From an uncultured Lachnospiraceae bacterium (GTDB taxonomy: Bacteria; Bacillota; Clostridia; Lachnospirales; Lachnospiraceae), in NCBI GenBank assembly GCA_902774125.1, contig CACYHD010000001.1, forward strand, positions 2,058 to 66,057: DNA of 64,000 nucleotides, given 5' to 3'. A model generated the notes under the pieces. It made no database searches, had not been told where the DNA came from, and saw only the letters and a list, made by a program, of their open reading frames with translations. The position numbers and the translations under genes were made by a program. Positions 39,447 to 49,225 of this stretch are shown one piece after another. Within the stretch, counting starts at the first letter, position 1, and each line of letters begins with the position of its first letter.

Positions 39447-40691
39447 TTAATAAGACACTAACTCTCCCTTCTTAGCATTTAAATTTGTTATTTTTTTCAA
39501 CTCTAACACTGATTTACTATCCAGTTTTTCTTCAATAGAACTTATTCTATCCTTTATCTCGCTCACGTTCCATTCGACATAATCACTATTCAAATCATAC
39601 GATTTCTTCTTAACAATAACTTTCTCTACGCGATTGTTTACACTTCCTAGTCCCAACGGTTTTCCATGTCCAATTTTTTGACAATATATTTCATTATCGT
39701 TATCTCCTAGTGATATTGCCCATAGTAATTTGTTTAACTCTTCCTCTGTGATGCCGTCGAAGAAAACACTATAACGAAACTCTGCATTTTCTTTTATCAA
39801 ATCCATAGTAGCATTTCGTTTGTTTCTTTTTACCCTTTTAGAGCCATTAATATCAAACTTATGATGCCAATAGTATTTTCTTCCATTCAAAAACTCTGCA
39901 TTTACTTCAAAAAAGTGTTTATTCTTTTCTGCGTCAGTATAATAGCCATAAGACCACGATTTGGCACTGTCATCAGGCTTCTTAGTGTACAACTTCACTG
40001 CTGAAACCTGAGGAGATGCAAGTTCTTTAAGCGTTATGTTTTTATGTGTCATTTCTTCCAACGGTTTCCCTAATTCCATCACAGCATCTGTAAACCTCAC
40101 TCTACTTCCCATTGCTCTTTCACCAGTCAAACCAAACAGTGCGCATGTACTACATACGTTTTCTTTTCGAACACATACAGAATGCTTACCCATTATAGAT
40201 TTCATTTTTTTATTACGCGTCGCACTCGTATTTTTTCCATCAGTTAGCTTGCCTTCGTCAATTTTGCTCACACATGATTCAGTTACTGTTTCAAAAATAT
40301 TTCGCATGCAACCACGAATACTACTACCTGGTATTATAGGAATACCTCCAACTTCATAAAAATAATAACTTTTGTGTTCATCATTTTTATTCTTTATTTT
40401 ATCTGGAATAGCCAAAGGTGACTTCGTTTTTAAAACACAATCTATTCTACCTGAAATCAGTTTTTCTTTATTATCATTCAAATATTCTTCTATATTACGT
40501 CTGACTAATCTTTTAGAAAAAGGAATGAATGTATAAGGATTTACCTTTTCTGTCTTATTTTTAGTTCCCCTACTTCCTTTATTACCATTTCCCTTGCGAT
40601 TGTTGTTACGATTATAATTATTATTTTTGCTTCCGTAATAACCAGGTCGAGAACCATTCTTGCTACCATAATTATCATTTTTCTCAGCCAT
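39447..40691 (-). CDS. cas7: type III-D Cas7-group RAMP (TIGR03986-like), short form
   Basis: NPYTFIP, IPGSSIRG, CALFG, GRKYYWH and IGHGKPLGLGSV. Confidence 0.88.
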   Translation of the reverse strand: MAEKNDNYGSKNGSRPGYYGSKNNNYNRNNNRKGNGNKGSRGTKNKTEKVNPYTFIPFSKRLVRRNIEEYLNDNKEKLISGRIDCVLKTKSPLAIPDKIKNKNDEHKSYYFYEVGGIPIIPGSSIRGCMRNIFETVTESCVSKIDEGKLTDGKNTSATRNKKMKSIMGKHSVCVRKENVCSTCALFGLTGERAMGSRVRFTDAVMELGKPLEEMTHKNITLKELASPQVSAVKLYTKKPDDSAKSWSYGYYTDAEKNKHFFEVNAEFLNGRKYYWHHKFDINGSKRVKRNKRNATMDLIKENAEFRYSVFFDGITEEELNKLLWAISLGDNDNEIYCQKIGHGKPLGLGSVNNRVEKVIVKKKSYDLNSDYVEWNVSEIKDRISSIEEKLDSKSVLELKKITNLNAKKGELVSY

Positions 40692-40692
40692 A

Positions 40693-41184
40693 TTACTTAC
40701 CTCCCTTCACTATCTCAACAACTCTGTAGTCTACAATCTTTGCAATGCCTTCGTCGGTGTATTGAATGTAGTTCTTAATCTTTAACTTAGCATCGTCATC
40801 ATACAATTCCGCTGGGAGCCTGTATTTTCCACCGCCAGTGCTAACCACTTCTATCGTTCCATATTGATCAGCGTCTTGTCGTGTTTTTGTAGTATCAATA
40901 TCTAAGAATTGTGTTTCTTCGATTGTATCTCTAGGGTCAGATTCATCTAGTGTTCTTACCTTAAAATCTTCAGAGATAGAGTTTCTCCAAATTCTAGTCT
41001 CGGACTCTTTATTGAAAACTCTTACCTCAAGCAAATGGTTGATGTCGATTGCATCCACATCGAACTTATCTAATGGCCATATGCCCAATTTCTTATCAGT
41101 GTAGAAAGGCATAATATATGACGCGTTTGTATCGCGAATCGCTTCAACCAATTGGTCTTTTTTGTATTTTTCAATTGTCATCAT
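40693..41184 (-). CDS. csx19: Csx19 (type III-D signature)
   Basis: LEVRVFNKESE, QFLDID, KIKNYIQY and DYRVV pattern; position between RAMP genes. Confidence 0.8.
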   Translation of the reverse strand: MMTIEKYKKDQLVEAIRDTNASYIMPFYTDKKLGIWPLDKFDVDAIDINHLLEVRVFNKESETRIWRNSISEDFKVRTLDESDPRDTIEETQFLDIDTTKTRQDADQYGTIEVVSTGGGKYRLPAELYDDDAKLKIKNYIQYTDEGIAKIVDYRVVEIVKGGK

Positions 41185-41194
41185 TCACACCTCC

Positions 41195-42463
41195 CTACTT
41201 GTCTAAGTATTGCTTAATACTCTTATATACGTTGTTTTGAGCATCAGTCAAATCTAATGGCTCGTTTGCGTTTTTAGTAACCTTCTGTATCTTGAACAAT
41301 CCACGCCCTATGGAAGTGAGTCCACCCACTGCTAGAAAACCATAGTTCAAATCCGTCAGCGTTGCCGCCAATGCATGATTTAGTGCTTCCACCTGATCGC
41401 TCAAGTCCTCATCTTTTTTGATTGTGATTACTAACTCTCCGTTGCCGTAGTAATATGTCTTTTCCTTGAACAGTGCCGAATCCAAACTACCGCCCGAAAA
41501 TCTGTCTATCGCATTTCTTGTGTTAATTTTTTCTTTAGCATCTTTTAGCATTGTCTCTGAGAAAAATATGTTGGACTTAGTCTTTTTGCCGTCCTCGCCC
41601 TGTCCACTAGAACCAAACCAAGCCTCGTCATTCTTGCTATCCCAGTATTCTTTCATGCGAGATCTAAATGCTCCCGCCCAACTTGTTCCAGGAACAACAG
41701 GAGTTTCTTTGCCATTCTGATCCTTTACTGTAAGCTGAACGAAATCTGGGCCGTTCGCATCTTCCTCGTCTTTTCCCACATCAGTCGAATACTTACGAAT
41801 AGATATTCCTCCTTCTTGCTCAAGAGCTATTCTAATAACATCGTAAGAATCATTTTCATTAGTAAGCGCTTCACTATATTCTTGCCAATCTTCGCTCGTA
41901 TACATATCAAAGTCCAACCACTTCTCAATATCAGCTGAAGAACTCATATCAAACTTAACGTGCCCTATATTGATTACTTTAATTTGTCCATAACCTCTAG
42001 TAGTCTTAGCACCAAAATGACACGCACTACTTTGCATAAAGGAAAAAAGCTGTGGTATGCACTTATCAACAATATCGCTTTCATCGCTCACTTCGAGGAA
42101 AGTTGTAAACTTAGCACCTGTCTCTACGACCTGAAAGTCCATCTTAGCGCCAGCCTTAGCAACTTTGTGTTCATCAAGAGCAACTCCATCTCTGATTGAT
42201 ATTCTATACCAGCCATTTACGTTAGCATCATATGTAATGATGCTACTTTCTGTATATGCTTCTCCGTTTGTTTCACCAAAGATTTCATTGGCTACTTTTT
42301 CTTCAATTGAATGTCTAAGCACACCTGCTATCGCAGAACCCGGAATGTACGGTCTCTCATTTGAGTTAAGATTAACATCATTATCTGTTACATAATCTGT
42401 TCCACATCCCACTATAAGAGGAGATGCTAGTTCAAACTCGATTTTGTAATATACTTTTTTCAT
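41195..42463 (-). CDS. cas7: Cas7-Cas7 fusion (two RAMP domains)
   Basis: Two sets of RAMP motifs: IPGSAIAGVLR/FGAKTTRGYG and VPGTSWAGAFR/VGGLTSIGRG. Confidence 0.85.
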   Translation of the reverse strand: MKKVYYKIEFELASPLIVGCGTDYVTDNDVNLNSNERPYIPGSAIAGVLRHSIEEKVANEIFGETNGEAYTESSIITYDANVNGWYRISIRDGVALDEHKVAKAGAKMDFQVVETGAKFTTFLEVSDESDIVDKCIPQLFSFMQSSACHFGAKTTRGYGQIKVINIGHVKFDMSSSADIEKWLDFDMYTSEDWQEYSEALTNENDSYDVIRIALEQEGGISIRKYSTDVGKDEEDANGPDFVQLTVKDQNGKETPVVPGTSWAGAFRSRMKEYWDSKNDEAWFGSSGQGEDGKKTKSNIFFSETMLKDAKEKINTRNAIDRFSGGSLDSALFKEKTYYYGNGELVITIKKDEDLSDQVEALNHALAATLTDLNYGFLAVGGLTSIGRGLFKIQKVTKNANEPLDLTDAQNNVYKSIKQYLDK

Positions 42464-44712
42464 TACTTATTCTCCTCCTTCTTAATAGCGGCTCTGTACT
42501 TAAGTGTTTCAAATATATGCATTAAATAATCATATTTAAGTTTATGCTTTGTCTCATCTTTTAGACTAGCGTATTCTTCTTTCTTCAACTCTACGTCTAT
42601 ATCTTCAATCCACACATTTGCAATTTTTCTCTTTGACTTATCCCTTATGCTATTTACACGTTTCTTGAAATTTTCTTCCTTATTAGCAACTAACTCCTTA
42701 GAATCATATTCAGATTCAAGCAGCATCAACTTCACTCTACCAATAAATGAATTAGTAGCATCTCCAACAGTTGACATCTTACTTGCATCTCTACTTGCTT
42801 TCTCGTGCAATTTTTCACTCAAGTACTTAATCCTAATCTTTTCCATAATTGCTTTAACATCTTCTGAACAACTGTTGATATTTGTATTCACTTTATTCTC
42901 AACATTGTCAGATGCAACAGCAGTGTCAACCTTATCCCTGTCTTGAACATACTTAGAATAATATGATTCAGTTGCAATCTTAAGTTGACCGTAGCCTTCT
43001 TTGTTGTCGACACCTACCCACATAGATGTAGGAACACTCACATTCTCCAGGACATTAAATACAAATGAACTTCCCGCTGTAATAGCAGGTTTTGGAGCTT
43101 TACGCATATTCCAAACACCATAGTATCCTGTCTGTTTTTTACCTGTAGCTAGAATAAGTGGTCTATTCATATCTTCACTTATCTCGGAAGCGTCATCCAC
43201 AACATCTTTAGTTTTTGCAATTTCTAAAAATGTTTTTCCAACTACCTGTTCAATTTGGTTTTTGATCATCAATGCCACTTCTTCTACATCAGTAACATAT
43301 CCTGTTTCATTTTCAAATACTGAATCTGACTCTAAAACGACAACTAGTTTGTCCTCTGTAGTAATGTCCTGATTCTCAGTCTTTATGACTTTAAATACTT
43401 TATTAGAACCATCATTTTCCAATGTACATTTGCCATACTGAGCTGACTTAGACTTACCTAATCTTATATCTTGTTCACACATCAACTTCATTATTTCTTG
43501 AATAAGATCAGCATCACCTGTTATAGTTCCCGTAAAATACTGTCCAGGGCTAAGCACTTCTGACATGTACAAAAGTCGATCCATATCAATTTGCTTTCTG
43601 CGGTTATGATACACAACTTCATATACTGGTGCATATTTCTCAACTTCAAGTTTAGCCACTTCATCATTATAAACAAGACTAATAAACTTGTCTCTCAGTG
43701 GCTTAGGATATAGATTCTTTTTATTAGGTTTTGCATTAATACGTGTTGCATAATCAGCCGGATTTTCTTCGCCAGCTTCCTTATACTGACCCATACATAA
43801 AGGTGCTGGTTTGTAAATCTTACTAGCACTATTATTAGATGGATATGCATTAGAAAAAACTACATCTCCACTTACAAATAGTTTTTCAAAAGTATCATCA
43901 ACTTTATTTTTTCTTAAATAATTACCAGCCAATGCACCTTGTATCATTTGACCTTTAATATAAGGCATTGTAGCACTATCATTCTCAGAAGAAAGAAGAA
44001 GCGGCTGTTCATTGCGCAATGTGTATCTAATTGTAACTTTACCAGCCCCATTCAAAGCTATCTCATCATTATTAGAAGCCGACTGCTTATCCTGTTCTAA
44101 TGATACTTTGACATTGCCTAGACCACGGTTTCTGTTAAGTCCCATATGTCTAACAGCTTTACATGTTTTACTCAATATTTCTTCATATGATTCGTTTTCG
44201 TCTATTCCATCCACCTTTGCAAAGAAAACTAAGTTATCCCCTTCGGCAGATGTAGGATTATACTGATTAACAACTCTGATATATCTAAGAGTATTATCCT
44301 CAGCTACACCTTCCTTGTTAATCTTTGTTTGTGCAACGATGGTAGTATACTGTTCCAAAACATCCTGTGCAGTATATTTTTCATCACTACTATCCTGCAA
44401 ATCGCGCAGTTCACGATATATAGTCTTATAGTTATCTATGTATGCATCGGAAAATCTAATTCCCTTAGTAGAATCAGCTCCACTTTCTCCGAACATCAAC
44501 TTGATACATTCATCATCCTCTTCTTTTTCAGCAGTGTTGTAAACAATCCTAGCCGCATCTCTTAGAACACCTTTGATTCGTCTCGCAGGAATATAAGGAA
44601 GTCCTACTTTGTCGTAGCAGACATCACTGTCCACTATTCCAGCATATGAATAACCTGATCCAATACATAGATTGGATTGTAATTCTATTCTTATTAAAGC
44701 CATCCTTTTCAC
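42463..44712 (-). CDS. csx10: Csx10-like Cas7-Cas5 fusion with probable C-terminal Cas11-like helical domain
   Basis: LPYIPARRIKGVLR, GLNRNRGLG, IKGQMIQGAL, LGKSKSAQYG and VGVDNKEGYG, then an all-helical tail. Confidence 0.82.
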   Translation of the reverse strand: MKRMALIRIELQSNLCIGSGYSYAGIVDSDVCYDKVGLPYIPARRIKGVLRDAARIVYNTAEKEEDDECIKLMFGESGADSTKGIRFSDAYIDNYKTIYRELRDLQDSSDEKYTAQDVLEQYTTIVAQTKINKEGVAEDNTLRYIRVVNQYNPTSAEGDNLVFFAKVDGIDENESYEEILSKTCKAVRHMGLNRNRGLGNVKVSLEQDKQSASNNDEIALNGAGKVTIRYTLRNEQPLLLSSENDSATMPYIKGQMIQGALAGNYLRKNKVDDTFEKLFVSGDVVFSNAYPSNNSASKIYKPAPLCMGQYKEAGEENPADYATRINAKPNKKNLYPKPLRDKFISLVYNDEVAKLEVEKYAPVYEVVYHNRRKQIDMDRLLYMSEVLSPGQYFTGTITGDADLIQEIMKLMCEQDIRLGKSKSAQYGKCTLENDGSNKVFKVIKTENQDITTEDKLVVVLESDSVFENETGYVTDVEEVALMIKNQIEQVVGKTFLEIAKTKDVVDDASEISEDMNRPLILATGKKQTGYYGVWNMRKAPKPAITAGSSFVFNVLENVSVPTSMWVGVDNKEGYGQLKIATESYYSKYVQDRDKVDTAVASDNVENKVNTNINSCSEDVKAIMEKIRIKYLSEKLHEKASRDASKMSTVGDATNSFIGRVKLMLLESEYDSKELVANKEENFKKRVNSIRDKSKRKIANVWIEDIDVELKKEEYASLKDETKHKLKYDYLMHIFETLKYRAAIKKEENK

Positions 44713-44715
44713 CTC

Positions 44716-46356
44716 CTATATTTCCCTTTTATCGTCGAACCAAATATCATAAACAAGTACCATATCATATATCAATTTTTGAATCTTATCAGAACTCAAA
44801 TTCTCTATGTCGAAATAATCTTTTGGCAATTTGTGATGTGCTTTGATTCTTTCTAATTCCTTGTCAAAACTTGCCTTGCTATTAAAAGCATGCGTCAACA
44901 AGTTTTTAACATTGTTACGTCCAACTTCATTATGATTTAGTTTTTTTTGCATCTTCTTAACTACTTCGTCTGTAATACTTGCCGGCTCTTCATCTTGATC
45001 AGTGATTACCTTCCAAGGCCTTGAAGAGTTTTCTTCAAAATGTTCTTTTTCTCTTATCATATCTAATGAACTGTTAATACCGCTTTGGCAGTATTGATAA
45101 TCAATCCATGTTGTATTTTCTTTCTCATGCGCTTTTTTCTTAGCATTGTCACAGCATTCCTCTGCAATTCTATAAGCATCGGAAAAAGGTGTATGGCTAT
45201 GGAATATAGCTATTCCCGCACAAGAAGTGAACTTATTCTCATTAGTATTATTGGCAACTGCTTTAAGATAAGCTAAGCACAAATCATATGCCAATCTAGC
45301 ATTACATATGAATGTTGCTTCATCTCCTGCACCAACTATTCTTCGATATCCATACTTCCATAAATCTTTTTTATTGCCGTTATACTCGTTTGTTACGACA
45401 GGCACTCCGCCTTTAACCTCTACTCCATCAGGTGATACCTTTGTTAGATATTCATCTAATTTATCGTATCCCGCTACTACGGTTACATCATTAATAGTCT
45501 TAGAGAAACTCTGGAAGTTCTTAACTGCATTCTCCCATCTCTTGCCTTCTGCATCTTTAGCTTCACGATCAGCAACAATTGCTCCCATATTGTTTCCGTC
45601 AATGAATGCAACTGCAAGCAAACTTTCTTCACCTTTTTTATGAATATAATTATCTAATTCTTTTCCTCCCGATGTATCCATACCATTAACTTTATTCTTT
45701 TTTTCCTCATAATCAGTATACTTTTTATACTCTTTAAGTTTAGCTGATGATTCTTTAGAAACTTTGTCATCTTTAGAAGCAGATTTATTACTATTGTCCC
45801 TTTCACACAGAGGAAAAGCTGTTTTTCTGTCAACCTGAACAAAAGGTAGAACATTGCATCTATCAACTGCTATATCCATGTTTTCTACCATATTGTGTTT
45901 CTTATATAATTTCTTTCTTGTAGCATAAAAATCTTGCTTATCAAGTTCTGCCGGTACATAAGAACAAATCATATTGAGCCCATAGTAATCCTCTAGAAGT
46001 TTTTTAGAGAAAACCTTGTTGATTCTTTCGCATGTATCAGCGCAGTCGAATAGTATATTAAGGTTTCCACCTCCCTCATATACTACTATTCCCTTGTGTT
46101 CGTCTTCCTTAAACATAGCATCACTATAAACTTCGTTTGACGATTTGACTATAGAAACACCAACCGACTTAGCTGCATCCACAAGTCTTCCAGTAGGATG
46201 GCCTTCTTTCTGATCATCATGATGGTCAAAAAAACCGTTTTTGATTATTTGTGATGCTCCTATAATTTCTTTAATTCTATTAGTTCTATATATGAACTTC
46301 TGCTTAGCACGAAAATCATATAGTGCTAGAACTGGTCCTTGTATTTTATTTGACAT
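44716..46356 (-). CDS. cas10: type III-D Cas10, HD-less, with variant palm motif GAGDE
   Basis: YDFRAKQKFIY, YEGGGN, AFIDGNNMG, RIVGAGDE, CAGIAIFHSHTPF and AEECCDNAKK; start reassigned to ATG 46356. Confidence 0.9.
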   Translation of the reverse strand: MSNKIQGPVLALYDFRAKQKFIYRTNRIKEIIGASQIIKNGFFDHHDDQKEGHPTGRLVDAAKSVGVSIVKSSNEVYSDAMFKEDEHKGIVVYEGGGNLNILFDCADTCERINKVFSKKLLEDYYGLNMICSYVPAELDKQDFYATRKKLYKKHNMVENMDIAVDRCNVLPFVQVDRKTAFPLCERDNSNKSASKDDKVSKESSAKLKEYKKYTDYEEKKNKVNGMDTSGGKELDNYIHKKGEESLLAVAFIDGNNMGAIVADREAKDAEGKRWENAVKNFQSFSKTINDVTVVAGYDKLDEYLTKVSPDGVEVKGGVPVVTNEYNGNKKDLWKYGYRRIVGAGDEATFICNARLAYDLCLAYLKAVANNTNENKFTSCAGIAIFHSHTPFSDAYRIAEECCDNAKKKAHEKENTTWIDYQYCQSGINSSLDMIREKEHFEENSSRPWKVITDQDEEPASITDEVVKKMQKKLNHNEVGRNNVKNLLTHAFNSKASFDKELERIKAHHKLPKDYFDIENLSSDKIQKLIYDMVLVYDIWFDDKREI

Positions 46357-48046
46357 TTTTTCTCTCCTTGTCATAATGAATATTATTCGCATCCAATGCA
46401 AAAGCAAAAGCGCTATATTTATTAACACCGGCTGTGTCATATTTTTTATAATTAGATTCTACTTTTACATCCTTTAAAGAATAGAATTTTATATTTTCAT
46501 TTATTGCTTCTTTCAAAAGATTTCTAATACTCTGATACTCTCTCGAAAGATTTCTCTTAAATTTTTCGTTCACAATCGCTAGTTTTCCCAATAAATCCGA
46601 AGCATGATTCATACAGTTTCTCAATTCTTTTATACAAGTATAGTATTCCAGTATTCGAGCTATCTCTTCTTTATAATCAATACTATTTTGAGAATATATC
46701 AATTTATACTCTTGAGGTATATTATTACCACCATTAGTATTATTTTCTTCTGCAGTTTCGATCACTATTTTTTTACGTTGATGGCGTCTTTTCAGTATTA
46801 GTACTGCATCAATCATACTCTCCCTTTTAATGGTCTTTTTAGTATTATTTCCGCTCAGATCAATAGACTTTACTTTTTCTGTTTTTTTTCTCAGATTTAT
46901 TCCTATAGGTAAAATGGCATCATAATAACTTTTAAAATCCTTACTTATTTTTTCAATATCTTTTTCTTCATAACCCTCCTTAACATTCTTATAATCCTTT
47001 TCTTTATTTCTTAATAACTCCAACATTATATCCATTTGTGAATAATCATCAAATATTTTTTCAGTGTACAATGTCGCGGCTTGTTGTATCATTCCATTTT
47101 TTACACACCAATCCACCCAATCTAAAATGCTATTTTCATCTGAAAGAGGCATTTTATTTTCTATATTTTTAACCAGCCCCCTTACCATACTTGAAAACAA
47201 ATTGCTATCAATTTCATTTTTTTTGCACTCTTCTATACATTTTTTTATTTCTTCAATATTATTTTGGAATTCCTCCACATAAGAAATATTCATATTCTCT
47301 GAAAACTTGTTCAGACTTGATATAAGCCTACTAACATCATCACTAACATTGTCTTCTTTTTCTTTTAGTGCCATTAGTTTTACTGCACTTCCAGTTGTTA
47401 CAAATTCATCCACCGCATTTATTATGGAAAACATTGAATAAACACGATCTAATGGATGCAATATACCATCCTTATCCTGGTTGTACTCTGAATAAACACT
47501 TTTAGCACAAATCTTATTGTTATATTCAAGAAATCTGAGAATTGCTAACATCAAGAAATTTATATCTCTCATTCCGCCAGAACAATCGATATAATAATAA
47601 TCATTTTTTTCGGATAATTCCGCTATACGTCTATATATTTTCTCTATTTTTTCTTCCGTATTTTCGATTTTTTCATCAACCTCAATTTTTTTAATGACTA
47701 TTGTTTCCCCGTCTACAATAATGCTATTATCCGCAAAATCATTGGTGATTATTGGTTGCACATTTTCATATTTTTTTTCACGCAAGTATTTAGCAATATT
47801 ATTAACAAAATTCGAATAAGCGCTTTCTCCATCATCTTTTTGTTTACGAGATTCTTCAGTAACCAAACATATAATAGTATTAATATCATGTTGGTCCGCT
47901 TGAGCCTGATGAACCAAGTATTTAGTCGGTGCATCATTTGTTTGTGCACCTTTAAATTCAGTATTTGTATTTTCCACAGTATAACTTTTTGCAGCCATGC
48001 CAGGTCGATATGTGCTAATAAATGTTAACAATGTTCCGTTTTCCAT
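46346..48046 (-). CDS. csx1: Csx1/Csm6-like CARF-HEPN ribonuclease (TM1812-type)
   Basis: CARF motif YIDCSGGMRD; VDEFVTTGSA; HEPN R-x4-H motif LRNCMNHA. Confidence 0.8.
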   Translation of the reverse strand: MENGTLLTFISTYRPGMAAKSYTVENTNTEFKGAQTNDAPTKYLVHQAQADQHDINTIICLVTEESRKQKDDGESAYSNFVNNIAKYLREKKYENVQPIITNDFADNSIIVDGETIVIKKIEVDEKIENTEEKIEKIYRRIAELSEKNDYYYIDCSGGMRDINFLMLAILRFLEYNNKICAKSVYSEYNQDKDGILHPLDRVYSMFSIINAVDEFVTTGSAVKLMALKEKEDNVSDDVSRLISSLNKFSENMNISYVEEFQNNIEEIKKCIEECKKNEIDSNLFSSMVRGLVKNIENKMPLSDENSILDWVDWCVKNGMIQQAATLYTEKIFDDYSQMDIMLELLRNKEKDYKNVKEGYEEKDIEKISKDFKSYYDAILPIGINLRKKTEKVKSIDLSGNNTKKTIKRESMIDAVLILKRRHQRKKIVIETAEENNTNGGNNIPQEYKLIYSQNSIDYKEEIARILEYYTCIKELRNCMNHASDLLGKLAIVNEKFKRNLSREYQSIRNLLKEAINENIKFYSLKDVKVESNYKKYDTAGVNKYSAFAFALDANNIHYDKERKNVK

Positions 48047-48048
48047 CT

Positions 48049-48780
48049 CTATTCCTCCACTTCTTTTATCATTCCAAATCCCTGGGCGTTTTTTGATCCG
48101 ATTCCGACATTGAGGATCATGGTCAAGGCTTTGGGGTTGCCGTATAGTTTAAATTTTCCGAGCCAACCTGTCATTGGCGTTCGTTTATATCTTGTCGCGT
48201 ACTCGATTGGTGTGCTACCATCAGCTATCGCGATTAACATATCCGATGTTGCATCCTCTCCGCAGAGAGTTACGTACTTACGCTTGTAATTGTCGTTGAT
48301 TAGTTCTACGAACTCTTCTTCGTCTGGTGCGAAAAACTGCATCGCCTTGGTATGTAAGTCAGTCCTGTGAGCCATGATAGGCGAAAGCGTCTCCACCAGT
48401 ATTTCGTTTTTCATCGTAAATACATCAACTAGTTCCGTCTTGATGCTTGTATATTTCTTCTTACCGAACTGAATTCCATCTTCCAATAAAACAGTATTCA
48501 ATTCTTTTATCCAATCATCATAGACACTTGATATAGAAAACTTAATGTCACCTCTATATGTCAATCTACCTAATTCTTCAGTATAGTCACCTTCGATTAG
48601 GCTGAAGGTAAACAACTTGTACGTTCGTTTACCGTACTTGACCCCTTCATCGTGTAGCCATTTGGTGTACTCTGGATTACCTTTAGAGCTCACGCTATAT
48701 ATGGCCGCTTGAAGAATTTGATGATAATTCTGAGGAACTGTAAGCGGACTATCAAGTGTTACCGTTACATCCAATCTCAT
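48049..48780 (-). CDS. cas6: Cas6 crRNA-processing endoribonuclease
   Basis: KLFTFS, TLSPI and the C-terminal Gly-rich loop GIGSKNAQGFG. Confidence 0.95.
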   Translation of the reverse strand: MRLDVTVTLDSPLTVPQNYHQILQAAIYSVSSKGNPEYTKWLHDEGVKYGKRTYKLFTFSLIEGDYTEELGRLTYRGDIKFSISSVYDDWIKELNTVLLEDGIQFGKKKYTSIKTELVDVFTMKNEILVETLSPIMAHRTDLHTKAMQFFAPDEEEFVELINDNYKRKYVTLCGEDATSDMLIAIADGSTPIEYATRYKRTPMTGWLGKFKLYGNPKALTMILNVGIGSKNAQGFGMIKEVEE

Positions 48781-48798
48781 TCCCTTTTCTCCGTTCTT

Positions 48799-49158
48799 TT
48801 AGTATTCTCTAAATCCCATAAACTTGAATACCGCTGTTTTGACCGTCTCTCCGTTCTCGTTGACGGTTTCTTTAGTTTCACGCACTGTGCATGAAGATAG
48901 TACTTTGATATTTCTTCTCTTTAATTCAGTCACTAAAGCAAATGTCAAACTAAAATCTCCTACACAAAGAACAGCAGCTGGTTTTTGGCTAGCTATCTTT
49001 TCCGCCTCATCCTTTGCCATCTGCTGTATATCTTCTTTAGTATCCGAAGGCGACACATTCTTAAATGGTATATCCACTACTTCCCCATATTGCAATGCCG
49101 CCTCATATTGTTCTTTTGACCATCTATCAGATGGGTGGTTTGAATAATTAATAAACAT
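48799..49158 (-). CDS. small Csx15/Csx20-like protein, candidate ring nuclease
   Basis: FINYSNHPSDRWS...GEVVDIPF...VLCVGDF...F.FMGFREY pattern typical of small type III ancillary proteins; exact family not resolved. Confidence 0.6.
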   Translation of the reverse strand: MFINYSNHPSDRWSKEQYEAALQYGEVVDIPFKNVSPSDTKEDIQQMAKDEAEKIASQKPAAVLCVGDFSLTFALVTELKRRNIKVLSSCTVRETKETVNENGETVKTAVFKFMGFREY

Positions 49159-49225
49159 AGTATCATCCCCTTTACTTGTAATATTCTAAATGTCACGTCA
49201 TTCGAAAAAAACAGATGTATATCCG

